Assembly: GCF_006345805.1 (NCBI RefSeq)
Contig: NC_042998.1
Span: 170,252,001-170,316,000 of the forward strand
Length of the DNA stretch: 64,000 nucleotides
From: Octopus sinensis
Taxonomy: Eukaryota
Direction: 5' to 3'
Below are positions 12,620-25,724 of this stretch, piece by piece. The notes beneath the pieces were generated by a model, which was not told the DNA's origin, searched no databases, and was given only the letters and a program-made list of their open reading frames with translations. Positions within the stretch are counted from its first letter, which is position 1; every line of letters starts with the position of its first letter. The position numbers and the translations under genes were made by a program.

Positions 12620-13505
12620 AAAGGATGAAATTGAACTCAACCCCTTTATATAGGCATCTGTGGAAACAACATAATATATCTTCACAAATTAAAGTTAAGG
12701 TATATAACACATGCATCCTCCCATCTTTGTTATATGGAAGTGAGGCATGGGTTGTTTACCATGGGCAGGTAAGGCAATTGGAACATTTTCATCAATACTG
12801 TCTGAGAAAAATTTTGGAGATAAACTGGAAAATGCCCATTAGTAATATGGAGGTGCTTGAGAAGAGTGGCAGTAGAAGTATAGAGTCAATGATTTTGCAA
12901 AGACATTTGAGGTGAAGGGAACATTTGGTAAGGATGAGTGATGAGTACTGCCCAAGAAGCTATTGTATGGTGAACTGGAAGATGGCAGGAGACCAGCAGA
13001 TAAGCCTAAACTAAGGTTTAAGGATTGCCTTAAAAATGCTCTAATACAGACAGGAATTGCAGCTGGTAACTAGGAGAGGGAGGCACAAGATCATGATTGA
13101 TGGAGGAAGATAGTGCATGATGGTTGTTCAAGGTTTGAGAGGGAGAGAGTGAAATATGAGAGAATTAGGAGGGGGCTTAGAAGGGGAGAACCTGTGGAAA
13201 GTGAGAGAGTGTTGCTTTTTATGTGTGTGGTTTGTAGGCGGAAATGCTTGAGTTGTGCAGGCCTGTTGAGCCATCAAAATTCTCATAGAAATTGACCCAT
13301 AATAAACAATGATGTCGCCATTAAAATTCATAACAGAACGTGTATAAAATGTGCAAGGGTGTGCCTCTTAGTTGGAGGTTTAAAACGAGATGTTAAGAGA
13401 GTGCATATGGTGGCACCTGTTTCTCCTGCCAGCCAGCACAGTTGTCTAGTATGTAATAAAATGCGTAAATGCTTAGCTGGGCTTAAAAGTCATATAAGGG
13501 CATCA
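12620..13505 (+). mobile_element. RTE/BovB-like LINE 3' fragment
   Basis: VYNTCILPSLLYGSEAW, CLRKILEINW, LLYGEL and a C-terminal C2H2 motif (CVVCRRKCLSCAGLLSHQNSH); in-frame stops. Confidence 0.85.
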
Positions 13506-13599
13506 CATGGCAACAATCATGAACCATTTCAGTAAGTCTTCTTGGCAATGGCTTTTCTCGTGTAATGAGGGTGCAGTCATATATATATATATATATGTA

Positions 13600-14000
13600 T
13601 GTATGTATGTATGTTGCTTCCTATCCACATGGTTCTGGGTTCATTCCCACTGCAGGGCACCTTGGGCAAGTGTCTTCTACAATAGTCTTGGGTTGATCAA
13701 AGCCTTGTGAGAGAATTTGGTAGACAGAAACTGAAAGAAGCCTATTGTATATACATATATATATATAAAGTGTGTGTGTGCATCGTTGTGTCTGTGTTTG
13801 TTCCCCATTACCGCTTGACAGCCAGTGTTGGTGTGTTTACGTCTCTGCAACCTAGCAGTTTGGCAAAAGAGACTGATAGAATAAGTGCCAGGCTTACAAA
13901 GAAAATAATTACTGGGGTCGATGAATTTGACTAAAAACTCTTCAAGGTGGTGCCCCAGCATGGCCACAGTCAAATGACTGAAACAAGTAAAAGATAAAAG
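13600..14000 (+). mobile_element. tRNA-derived SINE, family 1
   Basis: Match to family; plus orientation. Confidence 0.85.
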
Positions 14001-14221
14001 AGAAGATAAAGATATATATACTTCTATACAACTCCATTCTCTCCTTTCTAGATTTGTGTTCAGCAGCAGGTGTTTCTGATGTAAATTTTGTTCAACTTGA
14101 CAACACTCTCTACATATTTAATAATTTTAATGAAAAATTTTTCTACAAATATAAAAATGAATAATTTGAACATTTTCCAAATGTTTAGAAAATCAGCATT
14201 TGCTAATTGTATACCTTGATA

Positions 14222-14770
14222 TTCTTTTACTTGTTTCAGTCATTTGACTGTGGCCATGCTGGAGCATCGCCTTTAGTTGAATAAATCAAACCCAGGAATT
14301 ATTCTTTGTAAGCCTAGTACTCATTCTATCAGTCTCTCTTGCCAAATCGCTAAGTGATGGGGACGTAAACACACCACCATCAGTTGTCAAGCGATGTTGG
14401 GGGGACAGACACAGACACACAAACATATACATACACACATATATAAATATATACTACAGGCTTCTTTCAGTTTCCATCTACCAGATCCACTCACAAGGCT
14501 TTGGTGGACTCAAGGCTATAGTAGAAGACACTTGCCCAAGGTGCCATGCAGTGGGACTGAACCTGGAACCATGTGGTTCGTAAGCAAGCTACTTACCACA
14601 CAGCCACTTCTGCACCCATAAATAAGTTTCTGCCTACCAAATCCACTCACAAGGCTTTGGTTGGCTGAGGCTATAGTAGAAGACACTTGTCCAAGGTGCC
14701 ATGCAGTGGGACTAAACCCGGAACTATGTGGTTGAGAAGCAAGCTTCTTATGACACAGCCACTCCTGCAC
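14222..14770 (-). mobile_element. tRNA-derived SINE, family 1, with a tandem second 5' portion
   Basis: Full copy 14222-14615 followed by a repeated head at 14625-14770. Confidence 0.85.
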
Positions 14771-15046
14771 CTATAGATGATAATTCTATCTTATTTTTTG
14801 CACTGATAACTTCTGCAAAAATTTGCTGTTGCTTATAATTTATTATTTTGCACTTAAAATAGTTCCCATTTTAGATAGAAAATTTGAAATTACAATTCAT
14901 ATTTAGTAATTATTAAAAATGGACATTGTAACCAGCAATCATTGATATTACATTTATTCTTTTTTCCTCCCATTTCAAATGCTAATTATGAAATCTATTT
15001 GTAAATTGATACAAATTTAGATGTTGAACTTGACATCTATACTTAC

Positions 15047-15087
15047 ATGTTTTCTACTTATCATTCGTGAGCATTTAGAGTTGCTTG
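15047..15087 (-). CDS. Possible micro-exon with an FHA-like motif (SNSKCSRMISRKH)
   Basis: ttatttttgtag acceptor, gtaagt donor, one open frame; MISRKH resembles the FHA S-R-x-H motif. Confidence 0.3.
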
Positions 15088-15257
15088 CTACAAAAATAAA
15101 TTATATCCACATGTGTGTGCATGCATATTGTGTGTGTATGTGTGTGTGTGTTTGTGTGTGTTTACATATATATATACATATATATATATGTATGTATATA
15201 CACATATGCATATTTACATGTACGCACACGTGCACACACATACACACATGTATACAT

Positions 15258-15310
<53 letters not shown>

Positions 15311-16015
15311 TATAGATATATGTATGTGTTTGTATGTATTTGTTGTACTTATTCAGTTAGTTTAAATTTATTATATTTTTATAAGGGTTCTGGTTCAGCT
15401 GCTTAATCCTTATTTTAGAGATTTAGAAAAACAGTTTTGTAAATTATCTGACTATTGAAGTTATTAAATTTAGAACAGTTTGTAATATTCTTGAGAAATT
15501 ACCCATTGCTTAAATGGTTATAAAACCTGTGATGTGAAGGCCATTCACAAGGGAAATAATAAGTCTAGACATTGAATATATTATTTCAATGGTTTACTCA
15601 GAATGGAGGAGTAGTGGTCCATGACCTTGTAGATCTTCTAAGACTTGTGAGACTGATACACTTGATGTACTGTGTGACTGCTTGTCTGGACAAAATGTGG
15701 GTAGGAAGAGATTTCCGATCCTGGAGTTAAAAGTATAAAGTTAAGGAGGACAAGACAAAGTAGAAGAAAGGAGGAGAACTGTGTGTGCTAGGTTGCTCTA
15801 GATCTATGGGATATGCAATTAGTTCAGAGAATAGGAGCTTTTGTTGTAGTGATTAATGAAACAGAGATAGGACGTTCTGAGCTAGTATGTTGGTGAGTCT
15901 TTGCTAACCTGGTCTACAGTATTTGCATGTGCATCTGTGTGTATACATACACATGCATGCATGCCTACATGCATATAGACATGCATACATACATAGATGC
16001 ATAGATAGATAGATA

Positions 16016-16600
16016 TGTTTCTTTATTAGCCACACAGGGCTGAACACAGACGGGACAAATTACAAAGGAGAGCTTTTCTTTTTTTGGGGAAAAAAAAAAG
16101 TGGGGTAGGTTTTTCGATCAAAGGGATCGTAAAAAAGAAAGAAGAAAAAAAACGATCAATAGGGATCGTGTATCACAGAAATGTCATGATGTAAAGTATA
16201 AAGGGGAAAACAGATAAAATGGAAAGAAAAGCCTACAGAAAAGACCATGGTAACCTCGGTCAATAATGTCACACTTTAACACATTTATTTGCAAGTAACT
16301 CTCTGTTTAAAATTTTTCTGGGTTCATAGGATCATACTCAAGATGGCTTCGTCATTCATACGTGCTATCCTTGTTACATTCACCCATCTTTTTTTTAAAC
16401 ATTCGCTAGACAAAACTTGCCTTTCTACTCTCATTTTCCTTTTCAAGTGATACTTGAAGAAGTTGATGAGAGATTGACCAGAGAGGAAAGTGTTTGTCTC
16501 TAATCCTTTCAGACATGTCCACCAGATACATTCTTTCGCCATAGCCACAAGTATGATGAAAATAGCTCTTCCTTCCTGTTTGAAGGAAGGAGGCGTGATG
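16016..16600 (-). mobile_element. Tx1/L1-like LINE 3' end
   Basis: ORF2-type C-terminus FIILVAMAKECIWW...KRKMRVER...KKRWVNV, stop at 16324, 3'UTR ending in AATAAA. Confidence 0.65.
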
Positions 16601-16689
16601 ATAGATAGATAGATACATACATACATACATACATACATTATCATTATGGCTGCCCCCTCATTATCGAGTATGGCCATTGCACAAAGCTG

Positions 16690-17030
16690 TGATTAAATGT
16701 GACTTTTTAGCCCAGCTAAAGATCTACAATGTCTTGTACAGAATTGGCAACTAATACCTTTACCGGTAATAGCCGGCTGTAGTTGTAACTGGGCTTCATG
16801 TACCTTTGCATGTTCTTTTAAGTCCTCCTGCCGAATTACACTCTCTTCCACATGCCCGACAGATATGATTAGTATGGTGTGTTACACCACCACCAGTGGC
16901 CAGGTTGTCACTCATCTGTCTCGCTTTATGACTACGAAGATGACTCTTGAGTCCAGCTTTACTGAGGCAGGGTCTTGCACAGACATTACATGTCAGCATC
17001 AAAGGAAGACCCTTCACACATACATACATA
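16690..17030 (-). mobile_element. RTE 3' fragment with tandem C2H2 motifs
   Basis: CNVCARPCLSKAGLKSHLRSH and CRACGRECNSAGGLK. Confidence 0.7.
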
Positions 17031-17229
17031 CATACAAGTTGTTGAAATTACAATGAAGGAGCCTTGGATCTAGGTTAGAAAATGGCTCTTTCTCTATTGG
17101 CAAGAAATCTTGGAATAAAACTGAATAATGGCATACACACACACATACATATATTTATATAAACAGGTATGAAGAATATTTGAGGCTACTTAATTATCAT
17201 TAAAAGATTTTTTATTTCTTTTAGATCCT

Positions 17230-18490
17230 CCATAGCAGATGAAATGCTAACACAAGAAATGATAAGACATAAAGTCATTGTCCCCACATGTGCAGAACAG
17301 AACAAGTTATAAATGGCCAACTTTCTAAATGTAGTAAGAACTTTTGTACACAAATTTCATATGAAATTGGAAGCCTCTAGTGTGAATGTTTCGACTGTAT
17401 GAAAGAAAAAGAACATTCTAGATGTTTAGACACTACAAGGACACTAGAATTCATCCAATAGCTTCAAAACATTATTGATGATGATCCCTAGAAAGTCAAT
17501 AAGAATCATTGTCAAAGAACTTCAGGTGTTGAAGCTGATTATCAGAAATGTGATGCATAAAGATATGTGATACAAGTTTTATTTACTTAAGAGAGACTAA
17601 TTTATATCTGCAAAGACACAGGAAAGCTGCTTGCTCTTTGCCAACCAGTTACTTAGCATGGTTTAAAACCTTACAAACATGGTAGACTTTGGTTCTTCTC
17701 CGATGAAAAAACTTGACTGAATACTGGTTTAAGTATGTCATATAAGCCCTCATAACCCTTTTTCTTATGTGGAATTTTCAGAAAATTACTAGTGAGAAAG
17801 GTATGAGGTGGTTGTGACATGTGCTAAAAATAACAGCTAAATAGCCTTAGATCATGCACCAAAATGTTTTTCTGTGTTTTGCTTAATCACAAAAATTCCT
17901 GTGTGTAGAACACAGATTTGCAAAAGTTTTCTGAAAAATCCCACCCACCCCAAAAGTTATAGGATGCTTTAACCAAAATCAAAAATCTAATAGAAATGAT
18001 AGATGGTTATATGCAGATTATTCTGTTGTTACCTAGAGTGATGCACATTAAGTTTCTAACAACTATAATTGGTTTTAGGAATGGTGAGTAATGAAAGTCA
18101 TGACATGCCACCTCATATCTTTCCACAAAATCTTAGAATTAATGCTACTGGATATGCTGAGATGCTGGAGACAGTTGTTAAGCTCTGAATGGATGAAGTA
18201 CAGAAGATTATAAGGATGTCAATAAGTCTCAGCACCTTCTCACACCACATAACCCAAGAATGGATGTCAGTCAGATAATCTTGATGTAACACCAAACTTG
18301 TAGCTTCCATAATTCTGTAGTGTTGTTGGAAGGGAGACTAATTGACATCCTCACAATATCATAGCTTTACTGAAGGCTTCCATTATCCAGATGATGTCTG
18401 AAATGGATGAAGAGCATTCCATGCAGGCATGTCAGCAGTTCTGGTTCCACATTGAAGAAGTCCTCAAAGCTGAAGGCAGACGACGACGAC
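17230..18490 (+). pseudogene. Degenerate maT (DD37D, Tc1/mariner) transposase interrupted by an insert at ~17726-17975
   Basis: Manual translation: IIDDDP...WFFSDEK; VSNESHDMPPHIFPQNLRINATGYAEMLETVVK; SAPSHT; VVGRETN*HPHN...IEEVLKAEG. Confidence 0.75.
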
Positions 18491-20496
18491 TCTATTTTGC
18501 TTCCTACACAATTTAGGCTCTTCAAAATAAGCATGAATAGGCTCAGCTCAATTATCTGTATTTATTTCCATTTTGATTAATTATGGCTGTAGTCATTAAT
18601 AAATATCAACTAACTTAATATTTGTCTTACCAAACATTAAGTTAGTTGTTGACTAACCTCAGAGAGCTTTGGTTACTATGTGAACCTTCTAACCATTATC
18701 TTATAACACCAGTTCAGTTCTTTATTTCATGTCCTATTGCTGATTGTATACCAACTTATTTCCCTCTACCTCTCTTCAATATATCTATCACTTTACCTCA
18801 AGTCATCAAATATTTATCTACATGGTTGTCCAACTTACAAGAAATATTGGTTAAATATCTTTTAAATCAGATCTTATCATCTTGAAACAAAGAGAAAACA
18901 TACAATACCAGAATAAAATCATCAATGTCATGACAGGAACATTTTTCTGTATAATTATGCTCATTAAGAGCTGACCTGGGACTAAACAACTTCTTTTTCT
19001 CTGTCACCTCTACTGAGCTCACCACACGTACATCTTTTTGATCATTTTGGTAACATTTCTTCTCAAAACCAAAACCTTTTGCAATTCCAAGATATTCCTT
19101 TCTAAAATTAATTTGCGACTATTCAATTAAATATTAACTACGTTACATTCAAACTTCTCTTATATACATTGCACGCTTGTCACTAGATACATTATGCAAC
19201 AAGATTTAGAGATTCTTATAAGACTACAGGCACTGCTATTTTTCCGCAGACTTATGAATAAAGATGTAATACAAAATATTCTAAATTTTAGTTTGGTTTC
19301 TTTAGAAATGATAGAAGGTCACATAGGCACAAGGTCAAATATTTTGAAGGAGTAGGGGTGAGAGAAACTGACATTTGTCCATCCCAATGGAATTAGATGT
19401 GAAATGGATACAAAACCAAATTTGGTTTCAGCTTACTTGAAACTTACATATCTCTCTCTCCTGCTACATATATCATATATGTATGTGTTAGTTTGTGCAC
19501 ATGCATAAGTAATGGGAAGGGTTACCTCATATTGCTATAAAAAAATAAAAGGATAAATAATAAAAAAATTATGCTTGCAAACTACTGAACAAAGGTTGTG
19601 AGACTATACTTTGTTACTGTTGAAGCCAGAATAAGATAAAAACCTGTCTGGAGTTAACACTTGTAATTTGTGAGGAAACTAATAAACATAATATTAGTCA
19701 GTGATTAAAAAATCAGTGATTCATAATATTAGTCTGTGATTCAAAAATTGTCACTATCTTTCCAAACCCTGCTGCATTTCACATGGAATTTTTGCTCTTC
19801 CAAAGTTGTTTTTGAGTATAAGTTGACTTAGCTTTTTACGGACATAAATTTTGGTCTGAAAAATTTGACTTGTATGTCAGAAAATATGACAATTGTATAG
19901 GATCTTGATCACTAAATATTCAGTTAATTGTTATGGTGTCAGTGGTTTAGTTTGGGGTATGTGGTGTGTGTAGACTGCACAGGGTGGCCACTTTATAGAG
20001 GTGTTTGCCGTAGTTGAAGCTATGTTATATTTAAGGTAGAGGGCAGCCAAAACCCATGCTGTACCACAGTATTGTTTTGCCTCAGTTAGCTCTGATTAGC
20101 AGACTTATAATCAAAGGCTTTCTATTTATGCCTTCTTTTCAAAAATAGTGCATCTAGAACAACACTATTCATTATGTTAGTTTTTATGAGATTAGGGTGT
20201 GATTTGATGGAGATGGGATTTTTATTTCTAATCAAGGGCACTATAGGGGCTCTCCCACATGCCCGTCACTAAGGAGGTGCACTGGATGGCACTGCCCCCT
20301 CACTATTCAATGATGCACCCTCAGATTTATAGTGATACACTTATTTTGAAATTCTGCTTTAGCATTGATATAAATTAGTGCCCACTCAGAATATTCCGAA
20401 GCAACCCCAGGCACCATGGTGGGCCTGCTCTCCTGTCAGCTTGAGTTAAGAGAAGACAGAATAGTGTGTGTGTCAGTGAGAATGTGTGTGTAAATT

Positions 20497-20635
20497 ATCA
20501 TAATCATCGTTTAACGTCTGTTTTCCATACTGGCATGGGTTGGACGGTTTCACTGAGGTCTGGAGAGCCTGTGGCTGCACCAGGATCCAATCTGATCTGG
20601 TAATGTTTCTACTGCTGGATGCCCTTCCTAACGCT
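20497..20635 (-). mobile_element. RTE extreme 3' end
   Basis: Reverse complement of the 4150-4297 tail. Confidence 0.75.
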
Positions 20636-21650
20636 GAATGTATTTGTTAAATTTTTACAAGGAAAAGGTTGACAGTAACTGACTTTAAGGATTTGATTTG
20701 CTTGACAGAAAAAGAAACATTAATATACATAATTACATGCATTTATACACCCACACCCAAAAACACACGCACGCACACACACACATACATACACACATAC
20801 GCACGCACGCACGCACGTACACTCACACACACACACACATACATACATACATACATATCAAAAGGTGAAAAATGCCATAAAGAAATTTGTAAACCTATCT
20901 AACTTTTGCTTGAGGCAAAGTTTTTGTTTAGTCAGGAATTAAAAGTAAAATTTAAAAAATTCTAATTTTAATTAATTTTCAAGAAAATGGAGGTTTTCTG
21001 GCTCTCTACATCTTCGTTAAATTTCAAAATTCAATCATTAATAAGAAAAATCTTAACAAAATAATTATAAACCGATAATTACCTATCTATGTAAAGCTTT
21101 AATAATCCTTTTTACTTACACTAAAATTTTGAAGAAAATCAATCGAGGGGAGGTAAATATAAAGTTTGTCTCCCTTGAATATTCAAAGTTGGGTTTTCTT
21201 TTACTCGTATCGTGATGTTTACATTTTGTAAGCAATCCCTGGAGGACAATATACTGGTGTTGTTAAACTCTACAACATGTAGCTTAAGTCTCATTACCCT
21301 ATAAGAGTACACTGCAGAGAATGTAAACAACATACACATTACTTTTGTTGCTTGCTGGACAGATTTTGGTTGCTCTGTATAACATTTTAAAGTGAGAGGC
21401 TGAATTATCCCAGTTATAAAAGTTCTGTTTTTAGTGATAATGGTTTCATATAGAGCCGTCTTAATAGCATGGCATTCCTTCGATATAGCTCGACAAGGTC
21501 GAGACATTTCACTTCGGGTATTTCCTTGGGTTGTGGAAATTATGCGAAATTATGCCAGCAATGTCTCATTTTAAACTTGAAGAAAAAAAAACCCTTGCAT
21601 ATTTGTTCTTGCCTGTTTCATGTGTGTATGTAAAACGCCATACACACATG

Positions 21651-22214
21651 AAAACGCCATTTGAATTGAGGGACACCTGCGGATATATCAACATAAATAT
21701 ATCTATTCATTCTCTTTAACGTATTGAGTTCCTAATCACATAAATGTTGCATTACACCAAATATATTTTAATAAAATTTACAACATTTATTCTGTGTGTG
21801 TGTGTAACAAAAAACTTTTTTTACTCTTACTTGTTTCAGTCATTTGACTGCGGCCATGCTGGAGTACCGCCTATAGTCGAGCAAATCGATCACAGGACTT
21901 ATTCTTTGTAAGCCTAGCACATATTCTATCGGTCACTTTTGCCGAACTGCTATATTACGGGGACGTAAACACACCAGCATCGGTTGTCAAGCGATGTTGG
22001 GTGGGGTGGGGGGAAAACACAGACACACCAACATATACGCACACATACATATCTTTCAGCTTCTGTCTACTAAATCCACTTACAAGGCTTTGGTAGGCCC
22101 GAGGCTATAGTAGAAGACACTTGTCCAAGGTGCCACGAGGTGGGACAGAACCCAGAACCATGTGGTTGGTAAACAAGCTACTTACCACACAGCCACTCCT
22201 ACTAACAATGGAAT
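21651..22214. repeat. Dispersed duplicate (flank plus family-1 SINE) of 57311-57879
   Basis: Same ~170-bp left flank, same SINE insertion point and same right flank actaacaatggaat. Confidence 0.85.
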
Positions 22215-23359
22215 AAAATTTCCACTTATTTCATATTTTTATTTTCCTAAAATTTTCGTTGCGTCTTGCAACCTTTTCAGAAAATGACTCTCCCTAGGCA
22301 TATTGTGTTTTCTGCAATATAACATGCAAGATGATATAATGAAAGTAGTGCATAGTCTTTGAAGATGAAACTAGCAGAAGGAATTTTAAATTACTGCATA
22401 TAATTAATGTGTGTTACTCAACACTACAAGTTAAGGTTGGTGCCTTTTATGGAGTATGACATAAGACTGTTACATGAGAAAAATGAAAAAGGCAGGGAGA
22501 TCAACTCACTGAGATAAGTGACATAGATTTCTCGAGATAGCTGAGTGGCTCTCTAGTCTGGGATTGAATTTGCCTGCTTTTTACAACTGTAAGCTATCTT
22601 TCTAGAACCTTTTACAGGAAAGCTTGCACACTTCATTTGAAGTTTGCCATTTTGACCACAGTAAGTCAGCCAGTACCAGCTGGTCAAGCTTCATTCCCAT
22701 AGAGATGTTAATACATTTTATGGTAATCCACTTCCTTTTATGGAGACACATTAGGTCATGGTTCTGAACTGGGAAAATCTAAGAGCCATGGTTCAAAACA
22801 ATAATTATAACAATATAAAATATGGAGACTTATTCACCCTCAAAATTTGTTTCTTTCTATTTTACAAGTTCATATAGCATATTTTTATGGTTATTACAAC
22901 CTACATGTGTTTTCACTGCACAGAGTATGAGCAGGTGTACATGCAACCAGGCATAACCTTCTATGCAACTTCATTCAGGGTCTGTCCACCAGCTAGTTTT
23001 GAAATGAACTAAATATAGTTTGTTGGTTAGGATTCAGGGGAAGTGAGGGGAGGTTGTTTTGAATGTTAAATCTAATCTGCAAGAACGAATGTCAGTTAAC
23101 TTGCAAATTTTCAGAGGTAAGATGCAATCCTTATTTTCCTTAGTTTTTTCCAACCATACTTGTGGAAATATAGTGTTAATTTTTGTGGCTTCAGAGTATT
23201 TGACTCCTATTTTTTGCAAAGCTGGTGTTTTCAATAAAAGCACTCTTGTTATATATGATTCTTTTATATATATCTATTAATTTTGCCTATATGGTTTTAG
23301 CTTGCAGCCACTAACATTAACATATCTCATGAGTATTAATATTCTTTATATATCTAATA

Positions 23360-23435
<76 letters not shown>

Positions 23436-23828
23436 ATAGACTTCTTTCAGTTTCCATCTAGCAAATCCACTCACAAGGCTTTGGTCAGCCTAAGGCTATA
23501 GTAAAAGACACTTGCCCAAGGTGCCACGCAGTAGGACTGAACCCAGAACCATATGGTTGGGAAGCAAGCTTCTTAACACACAGCCATGCCTGCACCATAT
23601 ATCTATATACTATCAATAGTGGAGTTCAATCTTGCTTGTTTGCTTGCAATGTTACCCAGCCAAAGTGATGCACAATAGGAAAAAACTTTGAAAGTAAAGT
23701 GCCCCTGAAATGTGAATATGAACGGAATAAAACAAGTTTCATGTAAATTGGACCAGTAGTTATTAAGATACTCAGGGGTTTGGGGTATAAATATGGGTAG
23801 TCATGGGTAGTATATATGTGTGTGTGTG

Positions 23829-24045
23829 TATAAAACACAGTGTACATTTAAACACATTAAGAGGTTTTCATCATAGGACCCCTTTACGCTAGAAGGAACA
23901 GCTAAAGTCTAAACCACTAATTAGGGATAAATTCCCTTCGAGAATTTATCCCTAATTAGTAGTTTGGACTTTAGCTGTTCCTTCTAGCATAAGGGGGTCC
24001 TATGATGAAAACCTTAATGTGTTTAAATGTACACTGTATTTTATA
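23829..24045. repeat. Near-perfect fold-back hairpin (~105-bp arms, 7-nt loop)
   Basis: ...ctaattagggataaattc-ccttcga-gaatttatccctaattag... Confidence 0.9.
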
Positions 24046-24141
24046 TGAATAATATATAGTCTATTGACTAATTTTTCTATATGCTAGACCACTGGTAGTA
24101 AAAATTTCTAAAATCTTTATTACCCTGATATTAATTATGTA

Positions 24142-24228
<87 letters not shown>

Positions 24229-24915
24229 ATATTATAAATGCTAACGAAGTTGGTTGGTCAACATACTGGTTGGTCAAAATACAATTAGAACTGAACTTAG
24301 TTGGCATGCTCACCAAACTAACAGTTCATTAGATTCAGCTTGCTGGAGTCTATCATTTCACTACAGTTGTCGATTGTGAAACACAACTATCACTATTGCT
24401 ACATAAAACTGATGATTGCATAATGCATGAAAGAAATTAATTTTATCACAATAAATATATAATACTTTATTTTTATAATATTGTAAAATTGTAAAAATTA
24501 TATATTATAAAACGTGAAAATCAGACTAGGTTGGAATTTCATTGATTACTATATTCTTCTATGCATAATTATACAACCTTGGTCAGATGGATGGATGGAT
24601 GGATGGATAGACGGATGGACGGATGGATGGATGGATGGATGTTTGTTTGTTTAGAGTGTTTGAAGTGGTGTACAGATATTGTGTATTGAGAAAAAGGAAG
24701 CAGTCAGAATTTTGGCTAATTCTTTATTAGCACTTTCTTTCATTTAAACACACTCTTCAAGACAAAAATTAAAACCAAGATATATATATATCCAAACTGA
24801 GGGAGTGGAACAGGTAAAATGCACACTACAAATATTTTTTAACTAGCTGAAACTTGTAATGTAATCATTATGCAATGAAATTACTCAACAGAGCTAAACA
24901 TTAGGCTGAGATTAC

Positions 24916-24961
24916 CTTCATGAGATAAACATTACATTGCCACCTGGAATTTCTGAGTCTG
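24916..24961 (-). other. Possible host-gene exon (46 nt)
   Basis: Long T-rich tract, tgtgttgtag acceptor, AAG|gtaatc donor; contains an in-frame ATG. Confidence 0.25.
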
Positions 24962-25379
24962 CTACAACACAATAATGAATCCAATTCAATAAGAAAATCA
25001 GTAATAAAAAATAAAAACCAACAAAAAAAAAATCAAGGAAGTAAGTTTAGTGAACCAATGAACAATAAAGCAAAAGAGCAAGTGTGGTTTAGAGTAGAGG
25101 AGTAGAAAGAAAAGGAGAAAGAGAAGGAAAACAAGAAGAAAAGGTGAAGAAAAGGACTGTTATCATTACAGAGACAGTATTGTGGTTATAAAAATCTATT
25201 CAAGAGACTGAGGACAGATCTTTGCCAACTGTTAGAATGTTGTCATCTAAATTAATGGGTAAAGGGGTAGTAGAGGTAGGAGGACCAGAGGCTTAAGGTA
25301 TTTTGGATTGCCAGACAGTGTGTCAGTGAAAATTATTATGTTGTAAGAGAAGTGCATTTGCTTGTATGTTTCTCTTGCA

Positions 25380-25724
25380 GTTAGTGACTTTGCAAAGAAA
25401 GAGGCTTGGAAGTCCCCCATGAAAGGCTGCTAAATGTAGAGAATGCATTGGAGAAGTGGAATATGCCTAATGTGGCCCCACCTGAGGGACCAGATATCCA
25501 AATTGATGGTTGCTTGGTAGATAAAGCAATTAAGGATATGAAAAGAGGGGAAAGCCCCTGGCCCGTCAAGAATCACCACTGAGAAGCTTAAAATATCTGG
25601 TAGAATGGGATAAGGCTTGGTCACCCATATAGTTAATCAGGTTGTCCACAAGAGAGTCATACCCAACAACTGGTGTAGCAATACTGTAATCAATTGCTAT
25701 AAAGATAAGGGTGACACCTTAGAC
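25380..25724 (+). mobile_element. RTE RT-region fragment truncated by a hAT insertion
   Basis: KAIKDMKRGKAPGPS...IPNNWCSNTVINCYKDKGDTL. Confidence 0.8.

Noticed and set aside
22241-22285. Minus-strand CTGAAAA-GGTTGC-AAGAC-GCAAC-GAAAATTT motif
   Set aside because: G8 is missing and stems I and III are ambiguous; at best a decayed hammerhead.
23034-23243. 69-codon minus-strand ORF in non-repetitive DNA
   Set aside because: No domain similarity recognised and weak splice context.
24409-24446. CTGATGA-T(TGCA-TAA-TGCA)T-GAAA motif
   Set aside because: Stem II resembles family A but no stem I can be formed next to the core.
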